This document shows, piece after piece, positions 19,272 through 29,373 of a stretch of DNA of 64,000 nt. Where the stretch lies: IMG/VR virus record IMGVR_UViG_3300025011_000016; one strand, 5' to 3'. Below the pieces are notes generated by a model, which was given only the letters and a program-made list of their open reading frames with translations, made no database searches and was not told where the DNA came from. The DNA is from a virus (Duplodnaviria > Caudoviricetes). Every line of letters starts with the position of its first letter. Position 1 is the first letter of the stretch. The position numbers were made by a program, and so were the translations under genes.

Positions 19272-19931
19272 GTGAGGATGAAAGAAGAGAAGATAAGAGT
19301 GTTCATGGGGAGATTGGTATTGACTTCAGGGGATGAATTTCATGAAGTTGAATTATTCTATCCGAGTAAGAAACTTAAGAAAGGTTTCGGTTACATTAAA
19401 GGAAATCTAGTATATATTTTTCATGGTCGGATAGAAAAGTTTAAGAAGAGTAGTCTAAAAGCTGGGGTATATAGTAAAGGTAATGAGTACATATTTATTG
19501 AACCGACTATAGATAAAAGTCTATATTCTCTAGATAACATAATCGAATTGAATCTTGATAAGATATTTAACGAAGTTTCCAAGGATGAGACTAACTTTAT
19601 TTCACCAGAAGATATTGAGGTCATAAATATTAATGCTGAAGTTTATGTACCTACGATAAAGGAAGATGATGATTTTCTAAAGTACATTGTTAAGAGAATA
19701 ATCATTGAGAAAAAAATTAATCTTAAAAACTATAAGGGCAAATTCACCAATCAATATGCCCTTAATAATATGAAATCTGGTTTAAACAAAGAAACCAAAA
19801 TGACAGTAACTAATTTTAAAATCTGGTGTGAAATCCTAGATGTCAAATGGGAAATTATGATTTCTGATAATGGAACTGATAAGTTGAATCCATTATCAGA
19901 TGATATAATAGTTTCTAGTAATCAATTCTAA
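19272..19931 (+). CDS. hypothetical protein, possible C-terminal HTH-like domain
   Basis: 219 aa, start probably ATG at 19278. The C-terminal MT..NF..WCEILD pattern is only weakly suggestive. Confidence 0.75.
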   Translation: MRMKEEKIRVFMGRLVLTSGDEFHEVELFYPSKKLKKGFGYIKGNLVYIFHGRIEKFKKSSLKAGVYSKGNEYIFIEPTIDKSLYSLDNIIELNLDKIFNEVSKDETNFISPEDIEVININAEVYVPTIKEDDDFLKYIVKRIIIEKKINLKNYKGKFTNQYALNNMKSGLNKETKMTVTNFKIWCEILDVKWEIMISDNGTDKLNPLSDDIIVSSNQF

Positions 19932-19955
19932 AATTAGGGAAGGGGTGTTTTTATA

Positions 19956-20123
19956 GTGTGGCCCAGTTGGTATGAAAATTATTATTCAAGTTCATTCTGT
20001 AGTTGTATGGATATTGATTTTGAAAGTATTCAATATTATTTATTTGAATGGCGTGAATTAACAAGTAAAGTAATTCGATGTTATATAGATAAAGGGGATT
20101 TACGTTCTTCTCATCCACCGTAG
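19956..20123 (+). CDS. small hypothetical protein (55 aa; not in the ORF track)
   Basis: GGAAGGGG RBS-like sequence, GTG start, open to TAG 20121-20123 (MWPSWYENYY...). Confidence 0.45.
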   Translation: MWPSWYENYYSSSFCSCMDIDFESIQYYLFEWRELTSKVIRCYIDKGDLRSSHPP

Positions 20124-20178
20124 TATTTAATCAATTTGATATCTATATAAATTTAAATAAAAGAGGAGAGAGTGTAGG

Positions 20179-20595
20179 ATGAGTGAATTTTGGTTATCTG
20201 AAAAGTCTAAGGAGAAAATCGATAAACACATTATAGATGTCTTTATCGATAGTATTAACTTTGCTATGGATTTGTGCACTATCGATAATCAAGATAGTGA
20301 AGAAAATCCCCTTACCCAGAAACATATCGAATGTATAATTAGGAATAGTAAAACTGTAATTAGTCATTGGTATCCACCAGAGTGTATACATGATGTTGAA
20401 ATAACATTCGTTGGTCGTATGGCTAAAATACAAGTTGATGTTGATTTTGAAGTCATTGAGAAATATTTATTGTCACAGAATAACGGTAAGCCTCCATCGG
20501 GTAGCAGTATAACCCATGAAAATAAACCTAAAAAATCTAAATCAAAACCTAAGAATACTAAACCCATAATTACTAAACCGAATTACTTAAACTAA
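20179..20595 (+). CDS. hypothetical protein
   Basis: GAGGAG RBS, Lys/Pro-rich tail, followed by a terminator. Confidence 0.75.
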   Translation: MSEFWLSEKSKEKIDKHIIDVFIDSINFAMDLCTIDNQDSEENPLTQKHIECIIRNSKTVISHWYPPECIHDVEITFVGRMAKIQVDVDFEVIEKYLLSQNNGKPPSGSSITHENKPKKSKSKPKNTKPIITKPNYLN

Positions 20596-20630
20596 TAAAA
20601 ATAACGGAGAGAAATCTCCGTTATTTTTTT
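20596..20630 (+). terminator. intrinsic terminator
   Basis: AAAAATAACGGAGA-GAAA-TCTCCGTTATTTTTT. Confidence 0.8.
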
Positions 20631-20691
20631 ATAATCACTTTTAAAACAAGAGTTAACAAATTTATAATAGACTTACGAATGGAGTGATTAA

Positions 20692-23358
20692 ATGCGAATA
20701 CTTTATTTATGTCTTAAGAATTATGCTAGTATATATACTGCAATGAAAAAGAAGAAATTAATATTGGATCTTAGTAAATCTAAGAATAGGATAGTGTTAT
20801 TAATTGGAGACAATGGTACAGGAAAGACATCAATTATGAGTGCACTACAACCATTTGCTTATTCAGGTAATGGTGATGTACGTAACTCTGAAGATTTAAT
20901 ACTACCTGAAGTTGATGGTTATAAAGAGATCCATATAGAAAATGGAGAAGTTGTTTATATCATAAAACATCACTATATTTATAATAAAACTACTGGAAGA
21001 ACTATTAAGAGTTTCATTACTAAAGATGGTATTGAACTAAATTCAAATGGTAATGTTAAATCATTTATAGAGATAGTATTATTGGAACTGGGTCTTGAAA
21101 TTGATTTTTTAAAATTATTAAGATTGGGATCGAATGTGACTAATTTCATAGATATGAAAGCATCTGAAAGAAAGAACTTTACATCTGAATTATTATCAGA
21201 TATTGACATATACTCACAATTTTATAAAAAAATAAATGAAGATACTAGAATATTAAAAACCGTGTTAAGATCGGTTATAGAGAAGATCGATAAATTAAAA
21301 ATCCTAGATGAACAAGATATAGTTAATGAAATATTATTATTGAGTAATAAATTAACTGATTTAAATCTAAAGAAAGATAATATTAATAGTTCTATGTGGA
21401 CTAAACGAGGCGCTTTAGAAAGTCTAGTTCCAGAGGGAGTTAAAGAATTTTTAACTACATTAAATGATGAAAGTGAACAGGCTAAAGTTTTAGCTAATAT
21501 AATAAAACATGATCGAGATAAACTTAAGAAACTGGATGTAATAATTATAGATAGTGTCGATGATAGTTTAATGACTATCTCATCCAATATAAATAATAAT
21601 GAGAATTTGATTACCACCAATACTAATATGATAAATTTCTATTTTAAACAATTAGAAATCTATTTTACACAAAAAGACGAAAAAGAAAATAGTCTAAAGT
21701 ATATATCATCAGATTCAGAATATAGTAAATTAAGTGATATGTATCTACAGTTCAGTAAGACTAAAGAAAAATATGATAAATTATATAAAAATTATGTATC
21801 TAAATGTACTAAAGAAGATATGTTAACCGCTCTTAGACTAATGCAAGAAATTGATAGTTTCATATCCAATATCCATACATTTAATCATGATGGGGTAGTT
21901 AAAGTCATTGATCACATCATGAATAGAGATAACATTGATTACATAATTAAAGAAAATGTTAATGATATTGACAGTAAGATTTCCAATCTAAAACTTATGA
22001 ATTCAAATAATGATACTAATAAGAATAAAGTATTCATACTAATGAAACCAACAGAATGTAGAGTAAATAATTGCTCGTATATAAATTTCTATAAAACTAT
22101 GAGTGGGAATACAAATGAGACTCCAATTAGTAAAATTAAGAAGGATATTAATATATTAGAAGATAAAAGAGAATTCTTTTTATCATTAGGAGATATTAAT
22201 AAGAATATAGAGTATATATTACTTCTTATTAAATCAAATTCAGTTCTTATTAATAAGATGCCCGAACCATTCTTTGATATAACAAAATTATTAACCTCAA
22301 TTAAGAATTGTTTACCTTTCTTTAATGAAAATAAAGTAACTGCATATATAACTGCTTTAGAAGAATTAGAAGATTATAGACAGTTGAAAGATAAGCTTAA
22401 AGATATTAAAAAGGAATTAACCTTTATAGAGAAAAATGCCGTATCATTATCATCCATGAGAAAAGAATTAAGTGATTTAGATATTAACATTTACAAGATA
22501 CAAACGGATATAGAGAAATTAAAGACAGATAACTTAAAACTTACTAAAAGAAACGATAATTTTAGGGTTTTATTCGAGTCTTTAAGTACGTACAAAGAGA
22601 TATCTCTAAATATCGAGCTTAAACGAAAAGAACTAGAACGTTTGCTCTCGTCGATAGAAAATAAGAAAGGGATAAGTAAAAGGATCGAAGAATTTGTACT
22701 TTTCAAACAAGATCAAGAGAAAAAAATCATCGTGTTAAATAATGAAATAAAGAAAATTGAAGATAATATCAATAATAATAAATTTAAACTAAAAGAATTT
22801 GAGTTATTAAGTAAAGAAAGAATTCTTTTGGAAGATAAGTTTGACGAAATAAGTATTTTGAGAGAAGCTCTTTCATCTAATAAAGGAATGCCATTATTAT
22901 TTATTCAGTTATATCTTAAGAATACCAAAATGATAGTTAATAACCTATTGGACTTTATATTTAAGGGCGAATTAGAGATTGATGATTTTGAAATTAATGA
23001 TAAAGAGTTTAAAATCCCTTATATTAAAAATGGCATTAGAGTAAATGATATTATATCCACGTCCCAAGGTGAAATGAGTTTTGTATCTTTAGCATTATCA
23101 TTCGCATTAATAACTCAATCTATAGAGAAATATAATATATTATTATTAGATGAAATTGATTCGACATTAAGCCAAAAAAATAGACCTTTGTTTCTAAGCA
23201 TACTTGAAAAACAATTGGATATCATAAATGCTAAACAAGCTTTTCTTACAACACATAGTAATGTATTTGATAATTACCCAGTTGATCTAATAATAACATC
23301 AGATGTTAATATAGATAATTATACTGACGTTAATATATTATTTTCATATGCGGCATAA
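20692..23358 (+). CDS. sbcC: SbcC/Rad50-like SMC ATPase
   Basis: Walker A GDNGTGKTS, Q-loop, long coiled coil, signature SQGE, Walker B LLLDE, H-loop TTHS. Confidence 0.88.
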   Translation: MRILYLCLKNYASIYTAMKKKKLILDLSKSKNRIVLLIGDNGTGKTSIMSALQPFAYSGNGDVRNSEDLILPEVDGYKEIHIENGEVVYIIKHHYIYNKTTGRTIKSFITKDGIELNSNGNVKSFIEIVLLELGLEIDFLKLLRLGSNVTNFIDMKASERKNFTSELLSDIDIYSQFYKKINEDTRILKTVLRSVIEKIDKLKILDEQDIVNEILLLSNKLTDLNLKKDNINSSMWTKRGALESLVPEGVKEFLTTLNDESEQAKVLANIIKHDRDKLKKLDVIIIDSVDDSLMTISSNINNNENLITTNTNMINFYFKQLEIYFTQKDEKENSLKYISSDSEYSKLSDMYLQFSKTKEKYDKLYKNYVSKCTKEDMLTALRLMQEIDSFISNIHTFNHDGVVKVIDHIMNRDNIDYIIKENVNDIDSKISNLKLMNSNNDTNKNKVFILMKPTECRVNNCSYINFYKTMSGNTNETPISKIKKDINILEDKREFFLSLGDINKNIEYILLLIKSNSVLINKMPEPFFDITKLLTSIKNCLPFFNENKVTAYITALEELEDYRQLKDKLKDIKKELTFIEKNAVSLSSMRKELSDLDINIYKIQTDIEKLKTDNLKLTKRNDNFRVLFESLSTYKEISLNIELKRKELERLLSSIENKKGISKRIEEFVLFKQDQEKKIIVLNNEIKKIEDNINNNKFKLKEFELLSKERILLEDKFDEISILREALSSNKGMPLLFIQLYLKNTKMIVNNLLDFIFKGELEIDDFEINDKEFKIPYIKNGIRVNDIISTSQGEMSFVSLALSFALITQSIEKYNILLLDEIDSTLSQKNRPLFLSILEKQLDIINAKQAFLTTHSNVFDNYPVDLIITSDVNIDNYTDVNILFSYAA

Positions 23359-23359
23359 T

Positions 23360-23400
23360 AAAAAAAGAAGTTGTGTATTAATACACAACTTCTTTTTATT
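23360..23400. terminator. bidirectional terminator after sbcC
   Basis: AAAAAGAAGTTGTGTATT / AATACACAACTTCTTTTT. Confidence 0.8.
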
Positions 23401-23476
23401 ATTCCAATATAAGCTCACAACCAAAATCTAATAAATCCTTTTCCTCAAAATAAACACCCCATGGTATAATACTCAT
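23399..23476 (-). CDS. 25-aa peptide in its own transcription unit (not in the ORF track)
   Basis: MSIIPWGVYFEEKDLLDFGCELILE. GAGGT RBS, TATATATTAT motif at 23521-23530, terminator at 23360-23400. Confidence 0.5.
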   Translation of the reverse strand: MSIIPWGVYFEEKDLLDFGCELILE

Positions 23477-23602
23477 TTCAAAAACCTCTTTCATATTATA
23501 TTTTTATTCTATCTATTAATATAATATATACTTGAATATATCAACATTACGAATCTTATAAATTAATGAGGATGTACATATTATGTACATCCTCATTAAT
23601 TT

Positions 23603-24850
23603 TCAATTATCTGTGGGTGAATACCATTCTATTACTTTATATGCTCTTCCAGATACATCAGTAGCATAGTTTCCATCATTACTAAATTTAATTTTACCAA
23701 CATCTCTCTTAGTTGGTATGGGGTAATCATTTATTTGTTGTGAGTCTCTATCTAGAGCGATAAAGTGCCATTCACCGGTGTCTATACATTTCTTTATATA
23801 GATTTGAACACCACGATTTTCATATTCAATATATTTATTACCGGCTTCACTTCTAAAGGGTCTATCCATACCATCAAGCCTATCTTGAATCATCTGATCG
23901 TACCTGTCGGTATCTTCATCATTATCTGACATACCCCGTAAGTTACCTAATAATTCACGGGGATCTAAACCCTCATCCTCTTTAGTATTACCATAATCTC
24001 TGATAAAGTTACCCCTACCATGACTAATAATTTTAGATAAATAAGCTGAAGCTAAACGATCATTACTATTACCACCTTCAGCTTCTTTAGTTTTAGCATC
24101 TACTTTGAATTTGAAATCAGTAACTATCTTCTTAACATTGGCTATCTCTTTTATAACAGATAATTTATTTACTTTAGATGCTAAAACAGTTTGTGCCAAG
24201 TCAGTTATATACTTACTGATACCACGAACTTTAGCATCTTCCATTTGTCGATATTTCTTTTCTAAATCTTTAGAAAATATATTAACTTCATTTAATAATG
24301 CGTATAAGAGAGTAAGTTCTTCAGCGAATTCTTTTTTATAGGGATTATCTTGCTTTTTAAGTTTATCATAACCTCGTCTTTGTTCATCGATAATACCATC
24401 TTCAATATCATCATCTTCATCTCGATGTAAGAGTTCATCAATATCAATAAGATTAGATAAGGCATCGTCATTTTTATTACCGATTTCATTCTCTTCTGAA
24501 AAATCAGTAATTGTTCCCATTGACATCATAGTTGCATTTAATCCACTATGTTTTTTATTCTTCTTTTTTTTCTTAGTATGTGATGAGAATAATATTTGTT
24601 CAGGTTCATCTTGAATAATAACTTGTTTAGATTCACTCTTAGGTTTTTCTTTAACTTCCTTTATTGGTTCTATAATAGGATTTATTTTTGCCTTAGGCTC
24701 TGGACTTTTAGGTTTAGTATATTCAGGACTATATTTTGTCTGATTAACAACAGGTATACGTTTTTTTAAAGATTTAATCTCAGAAATCATATCATTTCTA
24801 TTAATAGGCATATTAATTTGGATATGGTATCTTTCGTCCATAAAAACCAC
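23603..24850 (-). CDS. hypothetical protein
   Basis: 415 aa, AGGAAGG RBS with GTG start, low-complexity N-half and a coiled-coil middle. Confidence 0.8.
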   Translation of the reverse strand: MVFMDERYHIQINMPINRNDMISEIKSLKKRIPVVNQTKYSPEYTKPKSPEPKAKINPIIEPIKEVKEKPKSESKQVIIQDEPEQILFSSHTKKKKKNKKHSGLNATMMSMGTITDFSEENEIGNKNDDALSNLIDIDELLHRDEDDDIEDGIIDEQRRGYDKLKKQDNPYKKEFAEELTLLYALLNEVNIFSKDLEKKYRQMEDAKVRGISKYITDLAQTVLASKVNKLSVIKEIANVKKIVTDFKFKVDAKTKEAEGGNSNDRLASAYLSKIISHGRGNFIRDYGNTKEDEGLDPRELLGNLRGMSDNDEDTDRYDQMIQDRLDGMDRPFRSEAGNKYIEYENRGVQIYIKKCIDTGEWHFIALDRDSQQINDYPIPTKRDVGKIKFSNDGNYATDVSGRAYKVIEWYSPTDN

Positions 24851-24989
24851 CCTTCCTTAGTAATATGTATTAATTATTATAATGAATGACATTGATCATG
24901 ATAAATGTTTATATATTATAATAAGGTACAGTTTGAATTATTATTTTCGTTTTAACAATTGTATAATAGAAAGGTGTTGATTTATATTT

Positions 24990-27900
24990 ATGGATTTCAT
25001 GAAAGGTATTAATAAAGAGAATGTCATGTTAATTAATATAATATATCATAATAAGAGAAAAGAGAATAATTATAATGATTACTTAGATATTATCACTAAA
25101 GATTTAACCACAGGTGAAAAAATACTTACAACTATCGAGAATCCTGAAATGGATATATATTTTACAAAAGAGGAGCATAGAAATTATGACTATAATAAGA
25201 ACTTTATGGAAATTGATAAGACTGATAGACATAGATTTAAATATAAAGATCTAACTAGATCCATAGCTAAAATGGCTGGGCCTAGTTATGAGAACTTCAT
25301 TAAACAATCTATAGAAACACAAAATTATGCTAGAATAAATAATATCCATAAATATAAATATGTATTTGGATCTGATGTTGATATTGAAAATTGGTATAGA
25401 ATTCAATGGTTATTAAATTATGATAATAATAAACCTAAATCCGTAACTAAGCTATTTCTCGACATAGAAGTCGACGGTCGGGATGTACCTGGATTCCCCA
25501 GAGATGGTGAAGTGCCAATTAATGCTGTAACGATAGTAGATGAATTTAGTAATCAATCATTTACATTCTTATTGGATAATCCATTAAACCCTCAAATAGA
25601 AGATTTTAAAAATGATGTGGAATCTTTTGTTGAAGAACTACATAATGATTTTGATGAATCATATGGGGAATTAAAATATAACTTATTTATTTATGATGAT
25701 GAAGTTCAAATGTTAATAGATGTATTTAAATTGATTAACACTCTGAACCGAGATTTCCTATTAGTGTGGAATATGAGTAAAATGATGCTCCTTATAAAGG
25801 CGACTTTATAAGAAAATTTCTTTAACTGCTGGAAACTCCTTAGAGCCTTTATTATCAGAGTATAATAATATAAAGGATTGGGCAATCAGCAATCAAGTTC
25901 AATAACAAACTAAGTTTTATTACATTTATTAGAGGAGGGTAAAACATGTATATAGTAATACGCAAAGATAAAGAAGTATTTAAATTATCAACTTATCCTG
26001 GGATTAAAAAAGATATGTATTCTATTAGTAACTACGGGTCTATACGTAATAATGTGACAAACGAGATATTTTTTCCAACATCGAGAAACTCAGCAGGTTA
26101 TGTACACACTTCTTTATGTACAGAATCATTTAAAGTTTACACTAGTGTTTTGGTATCACGTTTAGTTGCTTGGGAATTTTGTGATGGTTATGATAAGGAA
26201 CTAAATAGGGTGGAAGTCAATCATAAAGATATCAACAGGGCTAATAATTATTATGAGAATTTAGAATGGGTGACTCGGGGAGAAAATACTAAATTTGCCT
26301 ACGTGCATGGCAATCGTAAGGTGATAGTGCCAGATTCTAGGGGACCAAGAGCAAAGATACGCGGATCATTAAATCCCAAGAATGTTTTCAGTGAAGAGTT
26401 TGTACATGAACTCTGTCAGTTATTCACGGACGGTAAGAGCACTAAAGAGATATTAAAAATATTCAATACGAGTAAAAAATTAAATACACAACTCTATTCA
26501 TTACTCATGACTTTGAAACATAGAAAAGGATGGGGACATATTACGGAAAAATATGTATATTGATATTTGTTATTGAAAAGATTCAACGACTAGAGTGAGA
26601 ACTCGTAGACCCTTTTCATGGGGTGGACATAATAAGTCCTTCGCGAAATGGGAAACATCTCCGATGTGGAGATGAAGATATAGTCTGATATCTTAGGGAA
26701 ATCCTAAGGAAGTTCATAAGAGAACTGCGTAGTATAAAAAACTATGTGAACTGTTTGTTCGATGTGCCGTACATGATCGCACGTATGTTAGAATTAGGAA
26801 TGAATCCTGTTGAAGTGATGTGTCATAAAGATTTTAAAATACAAGAAGCTTTTTTCAAAAAAGATCTTCGAAATTTTATGATAGCTAATAAAGGAGATTA
26901 TTTTAAGATATCATCTTATACTGTATATTTAGACCAAATGATAGTATATGCCAGTTTAAGAAAAGGAGGTAGTCAGTTACGATCAAATGCTCTTAGCTAC
27001 ATTGCTCAAGTTGAAATTGGTGATGAAAAATTAGACTATTCTGAAGATGCTAATATCAAAACTTTACCATATGTTAATTACAAGAAATTCGTTAAATACA
27101 ATATCAAAGACGTTTTACTACAACTTGGAATTGAGAGAAAAACTCATGATATTGATAATGTTTATTTAAGATCGTATACAAATGTAACAGCTTATTCAAA
27201 AGTATTTAGACAAACGGTATTTTATAGTGCCGGTGATTCTTTAATTGACGGGAAACTCCTTATAGCTTCTTAATGAAGATTGGACAATCCGCAGCCAAGA
27301 TTCTTATAATAAGAATAAGGTTCAACGACTAGAGTATAACTCGTAGGTTTAATAACTGAAATGGGAAACCGATAGAATTTATTCTATTGAAGATATAGTC
27401 TATTATCCTAAAGTAATTTAGGGAAGTTCATAAGAGAACTACATTATCTTACAAATAATGTGAATTATAGGTTCTTAAAAAACAGAGCATTTTTAGAGTT
27501 TTATAAACAAGGTTTGATTATTGGTAATAATACCAATATTGATTATGGATTACCTCCTCAGATAGCTAAAGAAAAAGATGAGGATGATGAGAAATTTGCA
27601 GGTGCATTAGTTGGTGATCCTGAATTGAATAGTAAGACTGGTATAATGATGTTAGGAACTCCAAGTAAATACATCTATGATAACGTTGTAGATATGGATA
27701 GCTTTGTCCCATTATGTAGTAATATGTAATGAAAACTTCTTTAATTGACGGGGAACTCCTTAGAACTTCTTAATCGAAGATTGGACAATCCGCAGCCAAG
27801 ATTCTTATTATATAGAATAAGGCTCAACGACTATCCCATTGGTATTGAAATATACAACAGGAGTAGGGCTCAAATGAGTGGGTGAAATTCCCTTAAATCG

Positions 27901-28600
27901 AAATAAGAAGCATCTTATATAAGATGATGATATAGTCTGAACTCATATGAGAATATGAGAGAGTTTACTTTATATTATCTAATAAATAATATTAACAAAT
28001 TGATGGGTAAATATTGCTCATATAAAACTTCTTTAATTGACGGGAAACTCCTTAGAACTTCTTAACTGAAGATTGGACAATCCGCAGCCAAGATTCTTAC
28101 ATAAGAATAAGGTTCAACGACTAGAGTGTGACTCGTAGATATAAAGTTATATCGAAATGAAAAGCTCTCTTAATAAGAGATGAAGATATAGTCTAATATC
28201 CTATATAATTATAGGGAAGTTCATAAGAGAACTGTATAGAGTTACGATCTATATGAATACCATGGCGTTTTATCCTAATATGATTATGGCTTTTAATATA
28301 TCACCAAATTGTATAATCGGTAAATTACTCTTAGACACAACCATAGAAGACCTATATAATATCAAAGATATTGAAGCCGATATATATGATTGTGGGCGAG
28401 ACTTCGTAGATAACATGTTAATTAACAATCCTGGTAACATGGGCAGTAAATGGTTTAATCTTCCGAAAATAGAAGAACTTAATGAGTTAATACGAGAGAA
28501 GTTCTTAATGAATAAGAAGACTAAACTAATTATACCTGACTCATATAAAGATAAGTTATTTATTGAGAATCTAGTAATAAATATTAAAGGAGTGAAATGA
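24990..28600 (+). CDS. polB: split family-B DNA polymerase, N-terminal chain (3'-5' exonuclease plus motif A); 5 exons, about 606 aa
   Basis: Exons 24990-25778, 26758-27218, 27471-27699, 28003-28008, 28265-28600 total 1821 nt, in frame. ExoI LDIEV, ExoII WNMS|FDVPY, ExoIII YNIKD, motif A VVDMD|MG|AFYPN. Confidence 0.88.
25779..26757 (+). mobile_element. group I intron carrying an HNH endonuclease in P6 (pol intron 1)
   Basis: GAGT|A pairs with TGCTC. The P4 pairing is compensated (TGCTGG/TCAGCA instead of TGCGGG/TCCGCA). R at ~26582, S at ~26675. Ends ...CTGTTTG. Confidence 0.88.
25946..26563 (+). CDS. intron-encoded HNH homing endonuclease (NUMOD4-HNH-like)
   Basis: YSISNYGSI, GYVHTSL, SRLVAWEF, VNHKDINRANNYYENLEWVT..EN. 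Confidence 0.88.
   Translation: MYIVIRKDKEVFKLSTYPGIKKDMYSISNYGSIRNNVTNEIFFPTSRNSAGYVHTSLCTESFKVYTSVLVSRLVAWEFCDGYDKELNRVEVNHKDINRANNYYENLEWVTRGENTKFAYVHGNRKVIVPDSRGPRAKIRGSLNPKNVFSEEFVHELCQLFTDGKSTKEILKIFNTSKKLNTQLYSLLMTLKHRKGWGHITEKYVY
27219..27470 (+). ncRNA. group I intron, ORF-less (pol intron 2)
   Basis: CGGT|ATT pairs with AGTGCCG. Full core. Ends ...ATTATAG. The join gives RQTV|FLKNR. Confidence 0.9.
27700..28002 (+). ncRNA. group I intron, ORF-less (pol intron 3)
   Basis: GGAT|AG pairs with TTGTCC. Full core. Ends ...CAAATTG. Confidence 0.85.
28009..28264 (+). ncRNA. group I intron, ORF-less (pol intron 4)
   Basis: TGGGT|AA pairs with TTGCTCA. Full core. Ends ...TACCATG. Confidence 0.85.
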
Positions 28601-28601
28601 A

Positions 28602-29258
28602 ATGATTAATTCACCTATAATGGAATTAACCTCGAAGGACATTAAGAAGTTAAATGAATTCAATCAAATTGTAAAAAGAGTTTTTAATGGTATTTATATA
28701 TTTAGTGATGGGATAATTATGACTGATCCAGAAATAGGTAATAGAGTTAATAAAGGTGTTCATTTTGCAACAACTTCAATACAACCTATTGATAATATAC
28801 CGAGTAATTATTATATGTCTCTTAAATGTGATAAGATATTTAAATTCATTCGTGATAATAAAAAGAATATACGATATTTAACAATAGATGGAGGTGATTT
28901 ATATATTGATCTTAAAGATGAGAGTAAAGAAATTATTGGACGTATTTTTGATGCTGATGATAATCTTTATTTGAAGAAACGCGCCATATCAAACACTATA
29001 GAGTATCATAAAACACATTCATCATTAGTGTCTCAGAATGTTATTGAATCATTATCTGATAACGAAATATATACTTATGGTGATGATGAATATAGAGTCC
29101 GAATAACTAAGGAATTATTACCGGCTCTAAAGAGGGATATGAAAGTTAATATTTCATTCAGAGATGAAGTCGGTGATCCAACACTTTTTTATATTATATT
29201 ATCTGTGGATAAAGGTGATGTTATAACATATCATATGTATAAGTGTATAAAGTACTAA
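28602..29258 (+). CDS. hypothetical protein directly downstream of the DNA polymerase chain
   Basis: AGGAG RBS, starts 1 nt after the polymerase stop. Confidence 0.8.
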   Translation: MINSPIMELTSKDIKKLNEFNQIVKRVFNGIYIFSDGIIMTDPEIGNRVNKGVHFATTSIQPIDNIPSNYYMSLKCDKIFKFIRDNKKNIRYLTIDGGDLYIDLKDESKEIIGRIFDADDNLYLKKRAISNTIEYHKTHSSLVSQNVIESLSDNEIYTYGDDEYRVRITKELLPALKRDMKVNISFRDEVGDPTLFYIILSVDKGDVITYHMYKCIKY

Positions 29259-29331
29259 TATAAAATAATGGTATGAATTTAATTCATACCATTATTTTTT
29301 TTGCTAAATTTCACTAATTAAATTATTCAGG

Positions 29332-29343
29332 AACAGAACTATA
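29332..29343 (+). promoter_or_regulatory. late-type promoter AACA-N6-TA upstream of the portal gene
   Basis: AACAGAACTATA, 30 nt before the ATG. Confidence 0.5.
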
Positions 29344-29373
29344 ATATATCATACATGAAAGGGAAGGTGTATA

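Noticed and set aside
25946-26563. Inteins or group II introns as the explanation for the embedded endonucleases
   Set aside because: The HNH ORFs have their own RBS and stops and are not in-frame fusions. No Cys/Ser...His-Asn intein ends, reverse transcriptase or domain V motif was seen.
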